Shown: piece by piece, positions 50,979 to 59,692 of the stretch
Numbering within the stretch: position 1 is the stretch's first letter
How the letters are laid out: the number at the start of each line of letters is the position of its first letter
Source: Acidobacteriota bacterium
GTDB lineage: Bacteria; Acidobacteriota; UBA6911
Direction: 5' to 3'
Length of the DNA stretch: 64,000 nucleotides
NCBI GenBank assembly: GCA_963664705.1
Contig: OY761556.1
Span: 3,968,001-4,032,000 of the forward strand
The notes under the pieces: model-generated
What the model was told of the DNA's origin: nothing
The model's database searches: none
Seen by the model: only the letters and a program-made list of their open reading frames with translations
Position numbers and translations under genes: made by a program

Positions 50979-52354
50979 TGCAAAAAACAAATGATCGCAA
51001 CCAGAATGAGCGTGGAGTAGCCCTTGTCGCCACCCTGATGTTTCTGATGGCAATGGGGATCCTGTCCACGGCGCTTGTCTTTACGCTCAACAATGAGATG
51101 AAAGCCAGTTCTTCGTATAAATATGGAGAACAGGCCAATTACGTAGCCAACGCCGGCGTACAACAATCTGTCGCATGGTTCGTCAATAATTACACTCCCT
51201 GGGTTCCGGCCAGCGACTATAACACCACCTATTCTCCCGTCCGCTATGGCGGATCCGAGGTGAAGCTGGTAGGCCAGGGCAGCGCTTCGTCGGTTTATCC
51301 GAGCTCCAGCACGACTTCAAGCTTCACCACGCAGTTCCACAACAAGAGCCTACAGGCGAGTACCACCAACACAGGAGCGTATGCCCTGAATGCAACGCTT
51401 TTGAAATACAGTTCCGCCAATTTCATCAACCCGACAACGTTTATATCCTACACTTCGGCCATCGAGCGCTGGAGAATAGAGAGTGTCGGGTACTGGGGAT
51501 CGAATATTAACAATCCTCTCGGAACAGCCCAGATCACAGCTATTGTTGAGAACAGTGGGAATGCTCTGTTTGACCGAGCTCTCTGGGGAATCGATTCACT
51601 GGATCTCGGTGGAACCGTGCTGGTCGACAGCTACGATCCGAAACTGGGCCCTTATGGCGGATCCAATATAGGGAATAAGGGATCGGTTGGCTCCAATGGA
51701 TCGGTTTCAATCAACGGTACCGGAGTCGAGGTCAAGGGTGACGTCGCTTACGGTCCGACCGGAGCCTATACCTACTCCGGCAGCCCAACGGTCACCGGAA
51801 GCATCATCCATCTGCCTGAACCTCGCTATTTCCCCCCGATCCCGACTTTCACCCCGGGCGCGGGAAGCGTTCTGGCAAAGAATGGCACCGTTACCCTCAA
51901 CCCGGGAAGCTTCGGCACCGTCACGATCGGAGCCCATGGTGTTCTGGCACTGAATCCTGGCACATACTATTTCGATTCGATCTCAGAGGTGGCCACTGGC
52001 AGCCTTCAAATCAATGGCGATTTGAACACGACCACCACCATATTTGTGAAAACCTCCCTGGATCTGAGTGGACAGGGCGTTGTGAATCTCAATGGAGATC
52101 CGACCCGCCTGACCATCAACTATGCGGGGACTAGCGAAGCGAAAATCGCCGGGGGATCCTCGGCTTTTGTGGAATTGTATGCCCCCAGTGCGCCGCTGAA
52201 GCTGGTTGGAACAAGCAATTTCTATGGATCCTTTATTGGACAAACGGTTCAGGTTCAGGGGACACCTGAAGTTCATTTTGACGAAGGATGTCTTGAAAAG
52301 AACCTCCTCCAGAGACAATTCCGCATGATCAGCTGGTCCAAGAACTCCCTCTAG
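50975..52354 (+). CDS. PilX-like protein with large Gly/Ser/Thr-rich beta C-terminal domain
   Basis: NERG|VALVATL (no Glu5, as in PilX/GspK); ANYVANAGV; VDSYD, LNPGTYYF and YAPSA motifs; ATGA overlap with the pilW-like gene. Confidence 0.85.
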   Translation: MMQKTNDRNQNERGVALVATLMFLMAMGILSTALVFTLNNEMKASSSYKYGEQANYVANAGVQQSVAWFVNNYTPWVPASDYNTTYSPVRYGGSEVKLVGQGSASSVYPSSSTTSSFTTQFHNKSLQASTTNTGAYALNATLLKYSSANFINPTTFISYTSAIERWRIESVGYWGSNINNPLGTAQITAIVENSGNALFDRALWGIDSLDLGGTVLVDSYDPKLGPYGGSNIGNKGSVGSNGSVSINGTGVEVKGDVAYGPTGAYTYSGSPTVTGSIIHLPEPRYFPPIPTFTPGAGSVLAKNGTVTLNPGSFGTVTIGAHGVLALNPGTYYFDSISEVATGSLQINGDLNTTTTIFVKTSLDLSGQGVVNLNGDPTRLTINYAGTSEAKIAGGSSAFVELYAPSAPLKLVGTSNFYGSFIGQTVQVQGTPEVHFDEGCLEKNLLQRQFRMISWSKNSL

Positions 52355-52361
52355 ATTTATT

Positions 52362-52405
52362 GCCGCTGATGGGTATGGAGCATTGCACCTGTCAGCGGCT
52401 TTTTT
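52362..52405 (+). terminator. Rho-independent terminator of the pilin cluster
   Basis: GCCGCTGATGGGT / ACCTGTCAGCGGC stem followed by a T6 run. Confidence 0.8.
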
Positions 52406-52555
52406 ATTTCCACACGACATCTCATATCTTTGTTGAGCCGAAGAACACATCGGTCTATAAAAGACTATACATAACCTGAAGGAATTGAATGCCGGGCAAG
52501 CCTTGCGCCTTCGAATTGGCTGCTGGATGGTTCTGCGATCAAGAGGTGTTTTGGA

Positions 52556-54547
52556 ATGAGATACGTTCTTTCGGCCTTGGGGCTGTGCATGCTCCTGGGC
52601 ACGACGCTGAAATCCGTAGATGATCGTGCGACTCTTTCCGGTCTTCAGCAGCGGATCACCCAACTCCAGGTTGCACTGGAACGGGCAGAGGCAGTCAGGT
52701 CCGTCAAACGCCTTCAGCAGGCCTACGGCCATTATGCGGAATACGGATTGTGGAACGATCTTGCGGACCTGTTTGCGGAAAAAGAGATTGGCTATTTCCT
52801 GCCCGGCAATATCACTCGAGAGGGTATCCGGAAGCATTACCTTCATGACATCGGCAAGGGCAAACTCGGTCTCCCCGAGGGAATGGTTTATCCACACATC
52901 ATCCTCCAGCCTGTGATAACACTGGAGCCCGATGGAAAGACCGCAAAAGGTCGATGGCGTGTCTTTTCGATGCTGGGCGTCTATGGCGAAACTGCTATTT
53001 GGGCCGGCGGGATCTACGAAAATGAATACGTGCTCGAGAATGGAACCTGGAAAATCAAGGACCTGTATTACTACTCTCAGTATAGCGGCCGCTATGATCA
53101 ACCGGGATGGACGATTGACCAGGACTTTATCCCGATGCACTATGATCCCAAACGGGCCGGCACTCCAATCCCGGGCTCAAACGGATCCACCACCAAGGAA
53201 ACTCCACGCAGCATCGAATCAATGAGCTCAGAGCTGAATGGACTGATTGCGCGGACACAGCGACTGAACAGCCAAAGTGACGTGGAAAACCTGCAGCACA
53301 TTTATGGATATTACATCGACCGTAAAATGTGGGATGACGTTGCGGACCTCTTTGCTCCTGACGGAACGATGGAACTTGCACAGCAGGGAGTATATGTCGG
53401 ACGAGCGAGCATCCGGCGCGCGCTGGATCAGTTCGGAACGGCTGGATTGAAGGAAGGAGAGCTGAACGATCACCTGCAGCTTCAAACCATCGTCGATGTC
53501 GCACCCGACGGCATGACCGCAAAAGCTCGTGGAACCGAATTGATCATGTCGGGCAAACACGGAACAAACGGCGAATGGGGAGAAGGTGTCTTTGAAAACA
53601 CCTACGCCCGGCAAAACGGCGTATGGCGGATTAAGTCGATGCATGTATACGAGCGCTTCGCCGCCGATTATGACAAAGGCTGGGCACGGGATGCGAAGCC
53701 GGCCGCGGGTGCCAACAAAAAATTTCCCGCCGACCGCCCTCCGACAAAAGTCTACGCAACCTATCCGCACTTTTTTATCCCTCCCTTTCACTATGACAAC
53801 CCGGTGACATTCCAGGCCCCGCAATACCCGGAGAGTCTTTCTGGGAAAAAACCAAAGAAGAAGCCCTTTGCCGCAGTGATCAGCCACGCCCCACTCGTCC
53901 ATTCAGTCGCGGAGCTTCAAAAGAAAGTAGAGGAACTGGAGCGATTACTGAAGAGAGCCATCGCTTATGATGCCTCCGAAAATATCGTGGACGCCTACGG
54001 CTATTACATTGATTCCTACATGTGGGATGAAACGGCCGACCTGTTTGCAAAGGATGGATGGAAAGAATTGTCCTATGTCGGAACGTATGTCGGTCGGGAG
54101 CGAATACGACAATCCCTCAAGCTGCGATACCCGGGCGGACATCCAAGCGGCTACTTTACGGCTCATCAGATTACGCAGCCGGTGATTCACGTTTCCGAAG
54201 ATGGGCAGAGCGCCAAGGTACGCACCCGCTTGTTTCAACTCGGCGGAGTCTCCGGTGGAAGCGGCCTGTGGCTGGGCGGGATTTATGAGAACAAGACCAT
54301 CCTTGAAGACGGCATCTGGAAAATTGCGGCCATGGATCTGGATTATGTATTCACGGCGCAGGCAAGGGGCGGATGGGCGCGCGCGGCAGGCTCCATCGAC
54401 CCGCCAAAGACATCAATCGGTTCATCTTTCCCGCCTGATCGGCCATTGCGCGGAGTCGTGTTTCCTCCCTTCCCGAAAATTGTGGATCTCCCGTTTCATT
54501 ATCTAAACCCTGCCTCGGGGCGCAGACCGCCGCTGCTTCTTCCATGA
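52556..54547 (+). CDS. Exported protein with three SnoaL/NTF2-like domains
   Basis: Three repeats: YGHYAE..WNDLADLF, YGYYID..WDDVADLF, YGYYID..WDETADLF. Each is followed by H..QP/QT, YEN/FEN and G.WKI/WRI. Confidence 0.85.
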   Translation: MRYVLSALGLCMLLGTTLKSVDDRATLSGLQQRITQLQVALERAEAVRSVKRLQQAYGHYAEYGLWNDLADLFAEKEIGYFLPGNITREGIRKHYLHDIGKGKLGLPEGMVYPHIILQPVITLEPDGKTAKGRWRVFSMLGVYGETAIWAGGIYENEYVLENGTWKIKDLYYYSQYSGRYDQPGWTIDQDFIPMHYDPKRAGTPIPGSNGSTTKETPRSIESMSSELNGLIARTQRLNSQSDVENLQHIYGYYIDRKMWDDVADLFAPDGTMELAQQGVYVGRASIRRALDQFGTAGLKEGELNDHLQLQTIVDVAPDGMTAKARGTELIMSGKHGTNGEWGEGVFENTYARQNGVWRIKSMHVYERFAADYDKGWARDAKPAAGANKKFPADRPPTKVYATYPHFFIPPFHYDNPVTFQAPQYPESLSGKKPKKKPFAAVISHAPLVHSVAELQKKVEELERLLKRAIAYDASENIVDAYGYYIDSYMWDETADLFAKDGWKELSYVGTYVGRERIRQSLKLRYPGGHPSGYFTAHQITQPVIHVSEDGQSAKVRTRLFQLGGVSGGSGLWLGGIYENKTILEDGIWKIAAMDLDYVFTAQARGGWARAAGSIDPPKTSIGSSFPPDRPLRGVVFPPFPKIVDLPFHYLNPASGRRPPLLLP

Positions 54548-54548
54548 T

Positions 54549-54603
54549 GATTCCAGATTCCAGATTCCAGATTTCCGATTCGAGAAATCCGGAATCTGGA
54601 ATC
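54549..54603. repeat. GATTCCA heptamer array plus inverted copy forming a 20-bp hairpin between convergent genes
   Basis: gattcca x3, gatttcc, gattcga, then gaaatccggaatctggaatc, which is the reverse complement of 54556-54575 with one mismatch. Confidence 0.85.
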
Positions 54604-56560
54604 ATTCCGGCGGCTTAATTCCGCGAATCTTGGCGCTGTGATCTCTGCCCAGAAAGTAATTGATCCAGGACGAGGTCTGATGCAATTCCCAATTGCAGGG
54701 CGGCACAAGATATTTCCCGATCTCGTCTTCCCGGTTTTGCGCCTTTAGCCTTTCATAGGCTTTCACCCAGATGCAGCGCTTTTCCCCCGGGTATACCTCA
54801 CACCATCCCTGATAGCTGCCGCCGCAGGGAGCATTGCGCTGATCCTTGGGGCACTGCGAAACCGGACAGAGATAGGCGACATCGAACAAAGCACAATCAC
54901 CGCAGTCCTTACAGGTATAGAGCGTGCTCTTGCTCCAGCGTTCGAACCAGTGGAAGATCCGGCAGAAGGTCGGCGATGCAGAAATAACCTTCATCAGCCG
55001 TTGCATCGGTTTAAACAGGAGGCTCCTGGGATCGAAAAGCAGGGCATGCATCAATCGCGACAAGAGGTAAATCGGAGGCTGATTAGGCGGTTGTGTCCTG
55101 CGGGCAGTCACCGCGGTGCTCAAACCCGTGGACGCTTCCTGCTCATAATAATAGAAACCGCCCTTCTGCGGAAAATCGAACTCACGCACAAGGTCCAACC
55201 AGTTGGGCGCAAGCTCGCTGCCCTTGGATACGATGTATTCCACACTCTCGAAAGGCAGACCCTGGCCGCTGACATAGGCGCCCTTGTAGCCAAGGCCTTT
55301 CGCAATGGCATACATCTTTGCGGCGCGATCCAGCCGGGCTTGCTTACCTTTATCCTTGCTTTCAGCCTCCGCGGCAATCTGACTCAGGAGTTTGTCGGTC
55401 ACGACACATCCGGGAATATTGTTGTCCCGCATCGTCTTCGCGACCGGATAAGAAAGCACATAAATCCCTGCCAGGGCGGGAATCGGTCGATTCCTGGTCC
55501 CCAACCACTGCGTCAACTCCTGAAGCTTGCGGGCATCGTACCCGACCTGGGTAATAACAAAATCCGCTCCGGCCGCAATTTTCTTTTCCAGTTTATAGAA
55601 CTGGCACATGACTTCCGCTTCCAACTGTTTGAAGGGCGAGAAGGCGGCGCCCGCAAAGAAACTGGTCGGCGCAAGCCGGATCGGTTTTCGCAGAATATCT
55701 CTTTCCAATCCCTGGTTCATTTCTGAAACCAGCCTCAGGCCATTGACCGAGTCGAGATCGAAGACCGGTTTAGATCTCCCCTTGAACCCAAGATTGGAGG
55801 GGTAATCTCCCGTCAGGATCAGCACATTGTGAATATCGAGAGCCGCCAACTGAAACAGAAGGCTTTCGGCCTGATTTCTGCTTCTGTCCCGAAATGCAAT
55901 ATGAACGAGAGGGTCGATACCGGACTTCTTGATCTCGGCGCACAGGATATCGGTGGCAATCGCGGGATTGCCGCCGGGATTGTCGGTGATGCTCATGGCG
56001 CAAACCATTCCGCTTCGAGCCGCTCTGCGCGCATTCTCGAGCACCGACTCCTGGCGTGTTTCAAAAGCTCCCGGCCCAGGTATCTGCTCCCAGACAAGAC
56101 AGAATTTGTCTGGGTCCGTCATCGCGTTCTTGAATTGATTTTCCCGCTCCCGCAGTTTCCGAAGCAGAATCGCTTGAAGACTGGGGACCAGATCCTCCGC
56201 CGGCAGCAATGGTCCCGATGAAGCATCGATGAATGCAAGCTCGCCGGCATCCCCATTTTCATCCCTAATGGTCCAGTGGGCATTTTCGTCCGGATAAAAC
56301 TCCAGCACGAGCAGGGATGAGTGATGGGAAATCCACCCGGAACGAATCTCCGCGCGCAGCCGCTGCAAATCCGCCCTGGAGGGCATTGGGCCCAGAATGA
56401 TGATATCGGGCCGCATCTGCCTGATCTTTTCAAATCCTTCGGCGTCGTTTGCGGCGAAGGCCACCTCCGCAGACCTGGCTGCGGCTTTACGGACGATATC
56501 TTCCAATTCCGGCTGATGGCTGATGACCACAATATTTCTGGTGCGATTGGCTGTTTCCAT
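54602..56560 (-). CDS. metF: Methylenetetrahydrofolate reductase with N-terminal receiver-like domain and C-terminal MetV-like Cys-rich domain
   Basis: ITDNPGG, RDRSRN, LILTGDYP, KKIAAGADFVITQVGYD; C-terminal CKDCGDC..CP.SQCPK..PCGG..CEV..CIW. Confidence 0.85.
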   Translation of the reverse strand: METANRTRNIVVISHQPELEDIVRKAAARSAEVAFAANDAEGFEKIRQMRPDIIILGPMPSRADLQRLRAEIRSGWISHHSSLLVLEFYPDENAHWTIRDENGDAGELAFIDASSGPLLPAEDLVPSLQAILLRKLRERENQFKNAMTDPDKFCLVWEQIPGPGAFETRQESVLENARRAARSGMVCAMSITDNPGGNPAIATDILCAEIKKSGIDPLVHIAFRDRSRNQAESLLFQLAALDIHNVLILTGDYPSNLGFKGRSKPVFDLDSVNGLRLVSEMNQGLERDILRKPIRLAPTSFFAGAAFSPFKQLEAEVMCQFYKLEKKIAAGADFVITQVGYDARKLQELTQWLGTRNRPIPALAGIYVLSYPVAKTMRDNNIPGCVVTDKLLSQIAAEAESKDKGKQARLDRAAKMYAIAKGLGYKGAYVSGQGLPFESVEYIVSKGSELAPNWLDLVREFDFPQKGGFYYYEQEASTGLSTAVTARRTQPPNQPPIYLLSRLMHALLFDPRSLLFKPMQRLMKVISASPTFCRIFHWFERWSKSTLYTCKDCGDCALFDVAYLCPVSQCPKDQRNAPCGGSYQGWCEVYPGEKRCIWVKAYERLKAQNREDEIGKYLVPPCNWELHQTSSWINYFLGRDHSAKIRGIKPPE

Positions 56561-56703
56561 AGTGTTCCTGCAGAATATCACGAGGCAGCAAAAACGTTAA
56601 CCTGAAGTCTCAAAGATATAAAGCGAGCCTGTTGTCTTTGTGCACGCAGGCCGGTCAAAAATCCGATTATAATGGTTTTTCGTTATAAAAACGGAGAGCG
56701 AGC

Positions 56704-57501
56704 ATGGATTTCCTGAAAAGAGCCCTTGAAATCACCCTGTCCCCACTCGGAATTATGGTGCTCCTGTTCGCAATAGGAATAATTTTGAGCTGCTCGAGAA
56801 AATACCTGCGAGCAAGCCATCGATGTCTTGTCCTGGCAGGACTGCTGTTCCTGGTTTTCCTCTTTTCGCCTATTTCAGAATACCTGATTCTGCAGCTCGA
56901 AAGTGATTACCCACCCATGCTGAAGCCGCCTGCGTCCCCGCGGATTGACAGGATTGTCGTTCTGGCCGGCTATGCGGAGGAGCACAAGGGATTTCCCATC
57001 ACGACGATGGTTTCGCCACAGACTATTGCCACCATGACGGAAGGACTTCGTCTCTATAGGCTCAGTCCCGGCTCAAAACTGATCCTCTCCGGTGGTGTCC
57101 TCCGAGAAGGGGAAAGGCCGGTTGCCGCAGCAATGTCCGACTTTCTTCAGCAGATGGGAGTGACAGACCAGGACCTTATTGTTGAAGGCCGGTCCCAGAC
57201 CACCTATGAAAATCTGGTGGAAGTCAAAAAGCTGATCGGTTCCGCCCCATTTATCCTGGTCGCCCAGGCATGTGATCTCCGGCGTGCCATGGGGGTTGCG
57301 GGCAGGCTTCATATGAATGCCGTAGCCGCGCCCGCCTGCTATTGGGTTCGGCAGCACCACGCGGACCATAATGCGCAGGGAGAGATCGGGAAGTACCTCG
57401 AGGCTTTTGCACATCCATCGCTGGATAATTTTCTGCATCTTCAATGGGCTTACCACGAATACCTGGGATATGCCTGGTATCGCCTCTTGGGGCGTATCTA
57501 A
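56704..57501 (+). CDS. YdcF/ElyC/SanA (DUF218) family protein
   Basis: Two N-terminal TMs; IVVLAG, LILSGG, EGRSQTTYEN, HEYLG. Confidence 0.88.
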   Translation: MDFLKRALEITLSPLGIMVLLFAIGIILSCSRKYLRASHRCLVLAGLLFLVFLFSPISEYLILQLESDYPPMLKPPASPRIDRIVVLAGYAEEHKGFPITTMVSPQTIATMTEGLRLYRLSPGSKLILSGGVLREGERPVAAAMSDFLQQMGVTDQDLIVEGRSQTTYENLVEVKKLIGSAPFILVAQACDLRRAMGVAGRLHMNAVAAPACYWVRQHHADHNAQGEIGKYLEAFAHPSLDNFLHLQWAYHEYLGYAWYRLLGRI

Positions 57502-57541
57502 AATCGCGGTGGGCTTGTATACTTGAAAGCGGATAAAACTT

Positions 57542-57727
57542 ATGGCGGACCCTGAAGACCTGACACGCGCGGAAGCAGCAGAAATCATGCGAAAGAAGTA
57601 TCGTTACCGCGAGCTGATCCTATCCGGACGCATGGTACTGCCTCATTCCAGGGCAGCCCAGTTGCTTGGCCCTGATTGCCTCTACCACCTGTATTCGGTC
57701 GCTAAAAAGAAAACAAAAAAACGCTAG
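57542..57727 (+). CDS. Small basic hypothetical protein (61 aa)
   Basis: Fills the gap between ydcF-like and the convergent HD-GYP gene; no recognisable motif. Confidence 0.4.
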   Translation: MADPEDLTRAEAAEIMRKKYRYRELILSGRMVLPHSRAAQLLGPDCLYHLYSVAKKKTKKR

Positions 57728-58413
57728 TTAGGCAGATCGAGGTTGCCTTCCATATGGGAGAGAGCCGGCTCAATCAAATCGGGATCGAAATGAGTCCCGG
57801 CATGGCGGATGATTTCCTCGCAGGCACAGGGGAATGTTGTCCCGCGATGGTACGGCCGGTCGTACACCATGGCGTCCACGGCATCGACCAGGGCAAATAT
57901 TCGAGCCCCCAGTGAAATTTCGGTTTCCTTCAAGCCTCGCGGATAGCCGCTTCCGTCAAATCGCTCATGATGCGAGAGGATAATGTCCGCAGCGCCCTGC
58001 AGGAACTCTATTTCTTTTACAAACTCGTACCCGTAGCGCGGATGGCGTCGCATGATCTGCCATTCGCCGGTGTTCAGCTCGGCAGGCTTCCACAGGATGC
58101 TGTCGGGGATCCGGAGTTTGCCTATGTCATGCAGTAACGCTCCAAGTTCCACCTGCTCCAGTTCTTCGCTCACAATGCCCAGGTTCCGGGCAATGTCGCG
58201 CGTCATATCCGCGACTCTTCGGGAATGTCCGCTGGTTCCCTGATCCTGGAGGTCGAGTGCCATGGCCAGCGTCTCAATGCCTGCACCGTTCACTTCGCTC
58301 AGATCCTCCAATGCTTCGTTGAGAGCCCGGGCTCTTTCCTCAACCTGCATTTCCAGATGTAGCTTATACGCTGCATTTTCGAGGACTAATCGGCGATTCA
58401 CTGTTCTTGTCAA
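57724..58413 (-). CDS. HD-GYP phosphodiesterase domain, N-terminally truncated
   Basis: GHSRRV, LHDIGK, HHERFDGSGYPRG, DAMVYDRPY. Confidence 0.85.
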   Translation of the reverse strand: MTRTVNRRLVLENAAYKLHLEMQVEERARALNEALEDLSEVNGAGIETLAMALDLQDQGTSGHSRRVADMTRDIARNLGIVSEELEQVELGALLHDIGKLRIPDSILWKPAELNTGEWQIMRRHPRYGYEFVKEIEFLQGAADIILSHHERFDGSGYPRGLKETEISLGARIFALVDAVDAMVYDRPYHRGTTFPCACEEIIRHAGTHFDPDLIEPALSHMEGNLDLPN

Positions 58414-58545
58414 GGCAATATCCGTATCAGTAATTCAAAGGGCTCTGCAAACAATCCCACGGCCCCCCTGGCCATACTAAACGAATCCAGTAAAACCAGG
58501 GCAATGATTCCTGTTCCTAAGTAAAGCAAATGAAGGAAATAGTCA
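58414..58545 (-). pseudogene. Degenerate receiver-domain remnant, frameshifted relative to the HD-GYP ORF
   Basis: Minus strand reads ..MARGAVGLFAEPFE (compare REC GAxDYxxKPF). A one-base shift at 58431-58436 joins it to ITDTDIALTRTVNRRLVLEN. Confidence 0.45.
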
Positions 58546-58626
58546 ATTGAATATTGCACCCGGACAACCAAGGCCCTGATTTCGATTCCTGATTACGGGC
58601 AATCTGGAATTTGGTATAAAGTTACT

Positions 58627-59532
58627 ATGCTCAATCGATATGATTTTTGCCGTGATCTGCTCGACAATCTCACCGACGGAATCTATTTCACAGACATGGA
58701 AGGACGGATCGTCTACTGGAACAAGGGAGCGGAGCAGTTGTCCGGATTCGATGGATCGGAGGTGCTGGGGAAGCGTTGCGGCGATCATGTCCTGATGCAC
58801 ATAGATGCTGCCGGAGGTTCCTTGTGCCACGATGGCTGTCCCTTGCGGCTCGCCGCCCTGAATAGTGATGTGCACGAAGCCGATGTATTTCTTCTTCACA
58901 AAACCGGAGCACGCATCCCTGTCCATGTACGGACGTTCCCGCTGAAAGATCCTTCCGGAAAAATAACCGGCACAGTGGAGGTCTTTCGAGATAGCACGAG
59001 CCACGCACGGATGGCGGAACGACTGGCAAAAATGGAAGAGCTTGCCCTGCTGGATCCACTGACCAGTCTTCCAAACAGGCGCTATCTTCAAACCCAGATC
59101 TATGCCCACCTCGAGGAATTCCGCCGGGCGCAATGGACCTTCGGCATTCTGTTCATGGACATCGATGACTTCAAGCCGATCAATGACAAACATGGACATG
59201 AGGTTGGGGACCGCGTCCTCAGAATGGTTGCGAAAACGCTTGATGCCAATTCCAGGTTTTTCGACACCGTGGGCCGTTGGGGAGGAGAGGAATTTGTGGC
59301 AATTATTCACAACATCCAGGCCAATGCGCTCCAAGACATTGCGGAACGATTCTGTATTCTCGTGGAGCAATCGGAATTGGATGCCTTGAAGGTTACCATA
59401 TCGATCGGCGGCACACTCGCCCGCCCCGGAGATGATACCGAGTCCGTGATAAACCGCGCCGACTCCAATCTGTACAAAGCCAAAAAGGCAGGCAAAAACC
59501 GCGTCTACATTGAACCGCTGCCTTCAGCCTGA
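58627..59532 (+). CDS. PAS-GGDEF diguanylate cyclase
   Basis: PAS (DGIYFTD..IVYWNKGAE), DPLTSLPNRR, DIDDFK.IND.HGH, RWGGEEF. Confidence 0.95.
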   Translation: MLNRYDFCRDLLDNLTDGIYFTDMEGRIVYWNKGAEQLSGFDGSEVLGKRCGDHVLMHIDAAGGSLCHDGCPLRLAALNSDVHEADVFLLHKTGARIPVHVRTFPLKDPSGKITGTVEVFRDSTSHARMAERLAKMEELALLDPLTSLPNRRYLQTQIYAHLEEFRRAQWTFGILFMDIDDFKPINDKHGHEVGDRVLRMVAKTLDANSRFFDTVGRWGGEEFVAIIHNIQANALQDIAERFCILVEQSELDALKVTISIGGTLARPGDDTESVINRADSNLYKAKKAGKNRVYIEPLPSA

Positions 59533-59664
59533 CATCTATACTCATACCCTGGGAGCTTTGGGCTTCGGACCAAATACGATAACCTGTTGGATGAACGGCA
59601 CACCTGTGACCAGTCCGCACAGGCACAGAAAAATTATCTCGAATAATATGAACAACTTAACAAC

Positions 59665-59680
59665 TGGCATGGCTCGTGCA
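59665..59680 (+). promoter_or_regulatory. sigma54 -24/-12 promoter
   Basis: TGGCATGGCTCGTGCA = GG-N10-GC in TGGCA..TGCA context, upstream of an operon ending in a sigma54 activator. Confidence 0.6.
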
Positions 59681-59692
59681 ATCTCGGGAGGC

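Noticed and set aside
54549-54603. CRISPR-like repeat
   Set aside because: 7-bp tandem units without spacers; no cas genes.
56561-56703. SAM or SAH riboswitch upstream of metF
   Set aside because: Short AT-rich divergent promoter region with no recognisable aptamer consensus.
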